From Candidatus Falkowbacteria bacterium (GTDB lineage: Bacteria > Patescibacteriota > Patescibacteriia > Patescibacteriales > Patescibacteriaceae): 64,000 bases of DNA. Position numbers and translations under genes: made by a program. Below, piece after piece: positions 29,196 through 36,052 of the stretch (positions are counted from its first letter, which is position 1; each line of letters starts with the position of its first letter). The notes below the pieces were generated by a model that was not told the origin of the DNA, did no database searches, and saw nothing but the letters and a program-made list of their open reading frames with translations. The stretch spans positions 7,435 through 71,434 of the forward strand of contig JAPLWA010000005.1 in the NCBI GenBank assembly GCA_026396835.1. Direction: 5' to 3'.

Positions 29196-29254
29196 GAAAA
29201 GCTCGTCAGCGACCCGCTTTAAAACCAGCCCCTCTTGGGCTGTTTTTATTTTAT
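29196..29254 (+). repeat. island box-hairpin element, copy 4 (most divergent box)
   Basis: GAAAAGCTCGTCAGCGACCC + spacer + CAGCCCCTCTTGGGCTG + T-run. No plus-strand gene lies upstream of it. Confidence 0.75.
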
Positions 29255-29288
29255 TGAACAATAATCATTTATATATTAAGATGACAAT

Positions 29289-29360
29289 GATGTGGTAGCC
29301 AAGTGGTTAAGGCGTTTGTCCGCAAGATAAATATCGTAGGTTCGACTCCTACCCACATCT
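29289..29360 (+). tRNA. tRNA-Cys (anticodon GCA at 29322..29324), atypical anticodon loop
   Basis: Hand-folded 72 nt: acceptor GATGTGG/CCACATC, T-arm GTAGG TTCGACT CCTAC, discriminator T (U73 is the tRNA-Cys identity base). The anticodon loop is CCGCAAG, with C at position 33 (29321). The anticodon stem is weak and AT-rich. Confidence 0.65.
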
Positions 29361-29362
29361 CT

Positions 29363-30313
29363 ATGACAGCACAACAATACATTGAGCAAAGACTAAACGG
29401 GATAAAAGATAAAAAAATAGAGCAAGATGGAAATCTTGTTGATTTTATTTTTACAACCATAATGTCTAAAAAGTTTAGAAAATACAGTGTAAGTCCCGTG
29501 GCTAATGACATAGTCCGTAAAGCAATAGAATTAAGTATTCAAAATAACGAACCAATAAAAATTGCTATTCCCTATGGTTCATATAAATTATGGAGATTAG
29601 AAGAAAGTCCCGAACCTGATTGGGCTGAATTATTTGCCATGATTTATTATGCTTACTGGCTAAAACCCATAACAGATGTCTATGAGCCGGGAGTTTGGTT
29701 TGATTTTTGCGGCGACGATGCAATTTTAGAATTAATGAATAATATTCCTGAAGAAGACACTAAGCAATATAAAAAAGTATTTCGAGATTTAATAGCTTTT
29801 ATACAAAATTATTTGCCTAATAATTTTAAATTTACGTTTAGCCCTGTTGGCGAGCGCTATGACTCGAAACAAGATTTCCTTGACGACCTTAATCAAAAAA
29901 TAGATGAGCTCAAACAGAAAGGTCTACCGCCTTTAACTGAAAGACAAATCGAGATGATAGATTTCAATGTAAAATTAAAACCAGGGGAAAAAATTAATTA
30001 TCAAGACAATCAACTTTTACACGATGCCTACATGGCGGTAAGCAAAAGAAGACCTCGCCACAAACAAGCTGATAAAATAGTTATATGTTGTACTCCTTTT
30101 GGCGATAGAACTAGCTTACCAATGGGAACCACTAAAACTTCGGTTGTTAAATTTCAAACAGGTGCCGGCGTACTTCATAAAGAAAAGGATGCTTTTATGG
30201 AATATATTTATTCGCCCTCACAATTGCAAAACAAAAAATACATCTTTGAGCCTATTAGTATTGTAGGTCTGTCTGGTAAAAATTTTAAAACCATACGAAT
30301 AATTAGCAATTAA
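29363..30313 (+). CDS. hypothetical protein (316 aa)
   Basis: Start moved from the ORF-track 29303 to ATG 29363 (MTAQQYIEQ) because 29303..29360 overlaps the tRNA. No motif recognised. Confidence 0.55.
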   Translation: MTAQQYIEQRLNGIKDKKIEQDGNLVDFIFTTIMSKKFRKYSVSPVANDIVRKAIELSIQNNEPIKIAIPYGSYKLWRLEESPEPDWAELFAMIYYAYWLKPITDVYEPGVWFDFCGDDAILELMNNIPEEDTKQYKKVFRDLIAFIQNYLPNNFKFTFSPVGERYDSKQDFLDDLNQKIDELKQKGLPPLTERQIEMIDFNVKLKPGEKINYQDNQLLHDAYMAVSKRRPRHKQADKIVICCTPFGDRTSLPMGTTKTSVVKFQTGAGVLHKEKDAFMEYIYSPSQLQNKKYIFEPISIVGLSGKNFKTIRIISN

Positions 30314-30316
30314 CAC

Positions 30317-31072
30317 GTGAATAATTTAGAACTAGAATTTAATAGCATAGTGAGTGAGGCCGAAAATGATTCTAACGTTTTAGGAATGATTTTAGTTGGC
30401 TCGCGTGGTAAAGGATTTGAAAATGAGCACTCTGATTTTGACGCCATAATAATTTTAAGCGACAAAGCGAGCGAAGAAATTATGCAACAGTATAAAAATA
30501 AAAAATCCGTTGACATGGATTTAAATATTTTCACGCTGACTGATTTTAAAAATTACGCTACCTGGGATAGTTCTATGGCTTGGGATAGATATACTTTTGC
30601 TCATGTAAAAATATTGATAAACAAAATAGAAAATCTAGAAGAGCTTATTAAAGATAAGGGCTATATACCAAGTGATAAACAAAAACAATTTATTGAATGG
30701 TGGATTGATGGTTATATTAACGGCGTGTTTCGTTCTATTAAAGCCTTGCGCAATAAAAACGAATTCGGCGCCCGTCTCGAAGCTACTAATTCAATCCTTG
30801 ATCTATTAACTTTGGTTTTTGGAATTAACGGTCGACATCGACCTTTTCTTGGTTATACTGAAAAAGAATTACTAAAATATCCTTTAGAAAAACTACCCTG
30901 GGAACATAATGATTTTATTAAATTGATTTCTATTGTTTTAGAAACGAGCGATTTAAAAACTCAACAAAAACTTTTGCAAGACACTGAAAATTGGTGTATT
31001 GAATTAGGCTATGGTCATATCATTGATGCCTGGGAAGGCAAAGATAAATGGGCTATCAACTTAACCTTATAA
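30317..31072 (+). CDS. nucleotidyltransferase-domain protein (pol-beta superfamily, ANT-like)
   Basis: ILVGSRGKGFENEHSDFDAIIIL (the GS...DxD NTase motif). GTG start. Confidence 0.6.
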   Translation: MNNLELEFNSIVSEAENDSNVLGMILVGSRGKGFENEHSDFDAIIILSDKASEEIMQQYKNKKSVDMDLNIFTLTDFKNYATWDSSMAWDRYTFAHVKILINKIENLEELIKDKGYIPSDKQKQFIEWWIDGYINGVFRSIKALRNKNEFGARLEATNSILDLLTLVFGINGRHRPFLGYTEKELLKYPLEKLPWEHNDFIKLISIVLETSDLKTQQKLLQDTENWCIELGYGHIIDAWEGKDKWAINLTL

Positions 31073-31075
31073 ATT

Positions 31076-31405
31076 ATGGAAGCTAAATACGATTTTTATT
31101 GTGAAGAAGTTTTATCAAATAAAACAAAAGTAGAAGTAGTTTTTGAATCTGAGAATATTTTAGCCTTTAATCATACAAAGCCCTCTTATAAAACTCACAT
31201 CGTTATTATTCCTAAGAAGCATATTATAGATTTAATATCCTTAGCTGATGATGAAATCAGCATAGTAACCGAGATCTTAAAAACAGCTCGTGATATTTCT
31301 AAAAGTTTAGATAAAGATCAAGGAATTAAATTAATTACTAACCTAGGGAAATTTCAAGACACGCCGCATCTTCATTTTCATTTAATTGTTGGTGATAAAT
31401 TATAA
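31076..31405 (+). CDS. HIT (histidine triad) family protein
   Basis: AFNHTKPSYKTHIVIIPKKH ... TPHLHFHLIVG (HxHxHxx motif). Confidence 0.8.
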   Translation: MEAKYDFYCEEVLSNKTKVEVVFESENILAFNHTKPSYKTHIVIIPKKHIIDLISLADDEISIVTEILKTARDISKSLDKDQGIKLITNLGKFQDTPHLHFHLIVGDKL

Positions 31406-31410
31406 AACAT

Positions 31411-31740
31411 ATGACAAACGAACAAATTATTTTGCCTGAAATACCACAAGAACATGTTCCAACACCAGAAGAAGTTAATTCTGTATTCAAAGAATTAATC
31501 AAAAAAGAGTACACAGAAATTCGTAAACTCGAGGATGAAAAAGGCCTATATATATTAGAAGTTACTGTACCCGGTGAATTAGAGGGCGAACTTCTTGAAT
31601 ATGCTTACATGAGAAAAGGCAGACACCCAGAAGGCGAAAGTTCGACCGATGAAATTCATGTTACCTATTATAAAAATAATATTCCCTACGGCGGAACTTC
31701 AGCAGCAAGATGTATCGAAGGGCAATGGAAAATATTATAA
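31411..31740 (+). CDS. hypothetical protein (109 aa)
   Basis: Tightly packed in the same operon. No motif recognised. Confidence 0.5.
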   Translation: MTNEQIILPEIPQEHVPTPEEVNSVFKELIKKEYTEIRKLEDEKGLYILEVTVPGELEGELLEYAYMRKGRHPEGESSTDEIHVTYYKNNIPYGGTSAARCIEGQWKIL

Positions 31741-31753
31741 CTTATAAATAAGC

Positions 31754-32008
31754 ATGAAAAAATTCATCTACCCCTTCTTATTCGCCATTGTCGGAGCTTT
31801 AATTTTTGCTTCAATTGGCTTTTTTAGATTTGTTAGTTTTGGCGCAAACGATTGTGATATGCCAGGAAAAAGCTGCAACTGCTTTTGCTGCAATTCATTT
31901 GGTTTGCGCGGCTACGAAGCCTGCGGTAATTATGGCTTGCTGCTTGGAGCAGGCGCAGGAATATTATTCGGTTTAATTATCTATTTAATAGTAAAACATA
32001 AAAATTAA
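31754..32008 (+). CDS. small Cys-rich two-helix membrane protein
   Basis: 84 aa. CDMPGKSCNCFCCNSFGLRGYEAC lies between two TM helices. Confidence 0.5.
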   Translation: MKKFIYPFLFAIVGALIFASIGFFRFVSFGANDCDMPGKSCNCFCCNSFGLRGYEACGNYGLLLGAGAGILFGLIIYLIVKHKN

Positions 32009-32096
32009 CTTAAGTTAGTTTGTATTGACATGCCTTAGCTTCGAGCAAAAGTTGGGTGTGAGTATTTGTGATATAATTAAATTGAAATAATCACAC

Positions 32097-33515
32097 ATGG
32101 ACAAGCATCTAGAACACAAAAACAAAACAAAACGAATATCTAGTTTGATTAAAAAATATTCCCTAGCTACTAAGCAAGGGCAGCTTAATTTTTATCATAA
32201 AAGCACTAATTCTACTCGACCTAACAACAAACAAGATCAGTTAATTGATATTTCTGATTTGAATGAAATTATTGAGATTAATGTTAAAGAAAAATATGTA
32301 CTAGTTGAACCAAATGTTTCCATGGAGAAACTAGTAGCAGCTACTGTTAAATATAATTTAATACCTCCAGTTGTTATGGAGTTCCCAAAAATTACTTGTG
32401 GTGGCGCTGTCAATGGCGCAAGTCTAGAAAGCTCATCTTTTAAATACGGGCAGCTCAGTGACACTTGCGAGGAATATGAAATTATATTAGGCAATGGGAA
32501 AATAATACGCGCTTCAAAAAAAATAAACTCTGATTTATTCTACGGCATTTCCGGATCTTATGGCACCCTGGGCTTTATTTCTCTGCTAAAAATTAAACTG
32601 CTTAAAGCTAAAAAATACGTTAAACTTAACTACTACCCAACAGGATCATTTAAGGAAACGATTGAGTTAATTAAGACCAAAGCTACTGAAAATAAAAATG
32701 ACTACATAGATGCTATTATCTACGATAAGTCTCATGGGGTGGTTATGACCGGAAAAAATACTGACTCAGAAAATCTACCCATCAAATCTTATTCTAAAAT
32801 ATCTGAACCCTGGTTTCACAGAAGAGTAAAATTGATTACCAGAAGAAAGCAACCGCAAGAGGAGCTTATACCATTAGCTGATTATTGCTTTCGCTACGAT
32901 CGCGGTGCGTATTGGATGGGAGAATTTGCCTTCCCGCTGCTTGGCGTTCCTGACAATAAGTTAACTAGATTTATTTTTAATGATTATGCTAAAACTCATA
33001 AATTATTTGAAGCCCTGCAAACATTAAATGTCTCACAGAATTATTTTGTTCAAGATATATACCTACCATTTAATAAAACACTAAACAGTTTAAAATATAA
33101 CGAACAAAATGAAAAAATTTATCCTGTCTGGTTATGCCCAATAAAAGCAACTGATAAAGAGCAAAAATTATCACCTCATTATATTAAAGACAAATTACTA
33201 ATCGATATTGGTATATACGGACAAACAAATAAATATCTACTAGACCCAATTAAATCAAACAGAAAATTAGAAGCTTTTGCAAAAAGAAATGGTGGAAGAA
33301 AAATGTTATATGCTCATGCTTATTACACGGAAAATGAATTCTGGTCCATCTATAATAAGGACTGGTATAACAAACTAAGAATCAAATATCATGCCCAGAA
33401 TGTCTTTCCTGATGTTTGGAAAAAAACTCACGTTTCAGGACATATCAAAGGAACAAGGTGGTGTGGATTTTTCAAATATTTCTTTATTAATCCAATAAAA
33501 AGATTAATACAGTAA
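32097..33515 (+). CDS. FAD-binding oxidoreductase, DHCR24/DWF1 (delta-24 sterol reductase)-like
   Basis: Collinear recalled family motifs: GASLESSSFKYG, NSDLFY, GTLGF, AKKYVKL, PWF, YPVWLCP, IDIGIYG, MLYAHAYYTENEFW, FPDVWKK. Confidence 0.65.
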   Translation: MDKHLEHKNKTKRISSLIKKYSLATKQGQLNFYHKSTNSTRPNNKQDQLIDISDLNEIIEINVKEKYVLVEPNVSMEKLVAATVKYNLIPPVVMEFPKITCGGAVNGASLESSSFKYGQLSDTCEEYEIILGNGKIIRASKKINSDLFYGISGSYGTLGFISLLKIKLLKAKKYVKLNYYPTGSFKETIELIKTKATENKNDYIDAIIYDKSHGVVMTGKNTDSENLPIKSYSKISEPWFHRRVKLITRRKQPQEELIPLADYCFRYDRGAYWMGEFAFPLLGVPDNKLTRFIFNDYAKTHKLFEALQTLNVSQNYFVQDIYLPFNKTLNSLKYNEQNEKIYPVWLCPIKATDKEQKLSPHYIKDKLLIDIGIYGQTNKYLLDPIKSNRKLEAFAKRNGGRKMLYAHAYYTENEFWSIYNKDWYNKLRIKYHAQNVFPDVWKKTHVSGHIKGTRWCGFFKYFFINPIKRLIQ

Positions 33516-33532
33516 GTATAATTCCGGTTTAC

Positions 33533-33594
33533 AAGATAAGCTCATCGGCGACCTATTTATAATTCAGCCCTTTTTGGGCTGTTTTTTATTTTTT
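33533..33594 (+). repeat. island box-hairpin element, copy 5
   Basis: AAGATAAGCTCATCGGCGACC + spacer + CAGCCCTTTTTGGGCTG + T-run. Confidence 0.85.
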
Positions 33595-33618
33595 AGAAAA
33601 AGGCTATAATTACTTTAT

Positions 33619-35163
33619 ATGAAAAATCAGGAAATAATTTCAAATATCAACAAAAAAGACTCTGCCCTTGGTGATATTTTAGTAGAAGAGAATGAAGAAA
33701 GCATAGAAAACCTAGCCATAGGAAAAAGACTAGAGGAGCTTTTAGACGAATATGACCCAGAGGAATACTATGATAGAGCGACTTTTACTAGCTCACAATT
33801 AGACTTAAAAAATTATCTGAAAGAGCATAAAAACTCACACCAGTTTATAGCAAATAAACTTATCGAGTTATGGGCGGGCGGTACTGTGGCTGAACATTTA
33901 GAAGATTTTAACAATCTCAATCACATCGAGCTTGCCAATAGATTGATTGATGAAGGAGATGGAGAATATGTCATAGATAATTTTGAAAAATTCCAAAATT
34001 TAGATCAAACTGTCATTGATAAACTCATTGAGAAAGGTCACGATTGGGAGCTAGCTTACTCTCTAGAAAAATTTCCAACAATCGATCAAGAGTCGCTAAT
34101 AGCTAGGTTAATAGCTAGGCAGCATTGGAGTCCTATTATCAGTAATTGGGAAAAATTCAAAGATATTAATAAAGAAAAAATACTTGATGAATTAATGCAA
34201 AATGGAGCAGCTGAAGAAATATTAGAAAATATAAAAAAATTTCCAAATGTTGATCATGCCATCTTGGCAAATAAACTAATTGATGAGAACAAAGAAGGCT
34301 TAGTTGTTAATAAAATTGAAAAACTTCAAAAATTAAATCAAGCAGTAGCCGACAAGCTCGTCGCCAAAGGTAAAGGAGAATCTGTTTTCGACAACATAGA
34401 TAGATTTGAAAACTTAAACAAAGAAACAAAGGACAAAGAACATATAAAGCTTCGAGAAATAAAACAACTGGAGAATCCTATAAAAGAGATTATAAAGCAA
34501 ATGGATCTAGAAAATACTAACTACGACGCTATTATTGGCGATGACGCCTCAGGAAGAATACCAGCATTAATTTTTAATGAAATAATCAGTAAAATAAACA
34601 AGGATAAAAAAATCGAAAAACCAAAATTGCTTTTCATTGCTGGGCAGTTTGCCGGGACTTCATACAATGACGCAGATCCTAATGCTTTTAGAAAAATTCT
34701 ATATGACACCAATAAACATATTTCAAAAAACATTAAAGATAAAAAAAGAGCACTAATCGTTACCGATACAATAAATACCGGGAATAGTCTGTCGGCTATG
34801 ACAAAAGGACTTCAAGGCAACAAGATAGAATACGACATAGCTTCTATATCTTTTCTGGGAGAGTATAAACAAAACTTAGAAGAAAAAATAAAGGAAACAG
34901 AAAAAAAACTAGGGGCTAAAATTTTTTCCAATCTTACCACGGTTACACCTAGAATTTACCGTCACTACAGTATTGCTGGTGTAAGAAAAGAAAACGCTAG
35001 CAAATACTCAGCTGACATTATGTCAAAAAGAGCGGATGACTTTGCCCCCGCCAGTGTTGCCAGGGCGCGCAAAGATATTCATATCTTGTCTAAACAATTA
35101 CTTAGCTGGTACAATAATAAGAATAGCGACGAAGAAATAAAGACAAAAAATAGCAAGAAATAA
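33619..35163 (+). CDS. protein with N-terminal ~33-aa helical tandem repeats and a C-terminal type I phosphoribosyltransferase (PRTase) domain
   Basis: Repeats of the form LANKLIDEGxGExVxxNxEKFQNLDQxV, about 6 copies. The C-terminus has DAIIGDDASGRIPAL and the PRPP-loop-like ALIVTDTINTGNSL. Confidence 0.6.
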   Translation: MKNQEIISNINKKDSALGDILVEENEESIENLAIGKRLEELLDEYDPEEYYDRATFTSSQLDLKNYLKEHKNSHQFIANKLIELWAGGTVAEHLEDFNNLNHIELANRLIDEGDGEYVIDNFEKFQNLDQTVIDKLIEKGHDWELAYSLEKFPTIDQESLIARLIARQHWSPIISNWEKFKDINKEKILDELMQNGAAEEILENIKKFPNVDHAILANKLIDENKEGLVVNKIEKLQKLNQAVADKLVAKGKGESVFDNIDRFENLNKETKDKEHIKLREIKQLENPIKEIIKQMDLENTNYDAIIGDDASGRIPALIFNEIISKINKDKKIEKPKLLFIAGQFAGTSYNDADPNAFRKILYDTNKHISKNIKDKKRALIVTDTINTGNSLSAMTKGLQGNKIEYDIASISFLGEYKQNLEEKIKETEKKLGAKIFSNLTTVTPRIYRHYSIAGVRKENASKYSADIMSKRADDFAPASVARARKDIHILSKQLLSWYNNKNSDEEIKTKNSKK

Positions 35164-35210
35164 GTTCATCAACGACCCAAATATAAAATAGCCCTTTCGG
35201 GCTGTTTTTT
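35157..35210 (+). repeat. island box-hairpin element, copy 6 (overlaps the stop codon of the upstream gene)
   Basis: GAAATAAGTTCATCAACGACCC + spacer + TAGCCCTTTCGGGCTG + T-run. Confidence 0.85.
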
Positions 35211-35237
35211 AAATAAAAAAAGAGGATCCGCGACATA

Positions 35238-35978
35238 TTAGCCACGCGATCCTCCTAAATTTCCAAACTTAATTCTTAAAAAGAAGAATAAACCAAATAA
35301 TGTGCGGAAACTTAAAAAGCCTACATTATAAAGTCTATTAGCAAAAGTATTTTTACCAACTTTTTCAAAAACCGTAATTGTATCAATCAATTTCGGGTTT
35401 CTGATTTCCTTAGAAAATAAAAGTAGTTTTGCTGAAGCAATGTTTGGTCCTAACAAATGCCAAGAATCATGAAAAGCAATGCTTCCACCATCAATAACTT
35501 TGGCAAACCAAGAATCAACATCAGCCTGAACGTATGAATATTTGTGTTCTCCGTCAATAAAAATTAAACCAACGAGTCCATTAAATTTTTTAGACGCTTC
35601 AACTGATGTTTTTTGAACCAACCTAACCCTTTCACTAAGCCCTGCCTCAAGAATATTCTTTTGAAAATCTTGCAGCGTACTTATATCTTCACCAAACATT
35701 ATTTTATGTTCTGATGAGCCAGTATGAGGGTCGATCGCATAAACCATTGCTTTTTTGCCGTCACGAGTACCGCTACCTAAACAAACAGTAGAGCGCCCTT
35801 TCCAGCTACCAATCTCAACAATGGCTTGATAGTCTGGAACTTTTTTCGCTAAAGAATATAAAACTTTAGCTTCTCTGCCTGTTAACCAGCCATCTATTTT
35901 AGAGACTGTTTCAAGGACTTTTTTAAAAGTACTGTTTGTTTTTTTCAATTGTAAATTTATGTTTGTTTGATTCATCAA
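35238..35978 (-). CDS. class I SAM-dependent methyltransferase (Methyltransf_24/CmcI-like)
   Basis: IVEIGSWKGRST ... VYAIDPH ... LIFIDGEHKY. Confidence 0.65.
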   Translation of the reverse strand: MMNQTNINLQLKKTNSTFKKVLETVSKIDGWLTGREAKVLYSLAKKVPDYQAIVEIGSWKGRSTVCLGSGTRDGKKAMVYAIDPHTGSSEHKIMFGEDISTLQDFQKNILEAGLSERVRLVQKTSVEASKKFNGLVGLIFIDGEHKYSYVQADVDSWFAKVIDGGSIAFHDSWHLLGPNIASAKLLLFSKEIRNPKLIDTITVFEKVGKNTFANRLYNVGFLSFRTLFGLFFFLRIKFGNLGGSRG

Positions 35979-36052
35979 TCTACAATGATATTTGAATCAT
36001 GTCAATATTTGTTATAAAACTAGGCATATTTCGTTTATGGTATAATTAAATC

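Noticed and set aside
29303-29362. The N-terminal 20 codons of ORF 29303..30313 (MVKAFVRKINIVGSTPTHIS).
   Set aside because: This stretch is the translation of the tRNA-Cys gene body. The start was moved to ATG 29363. Likewise, 59374..59412 of the adenosyltransferase ORF overlaps the nrdJ 3' end and was trimmed to ATG 59413.
25766-35210. The box-hairpin repeats as integron attC sites (a CALIN-like cassette array) or as a CRISPR array.
   Set aside because: - **attC:** the box contains no matching R''/R' (RYYYAAC...GTTRRRY) pair that could base-pair across the element, and the hairpin plus T-run looks like a plain intrinsic terminator.
- **CRISPR:** spacing is 0.6-4.3 kb and the intervals contain genes, the repeats are not identical, and no cas genes are present.

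The cassette-like idea is kept only as a hypothesis in the findings.
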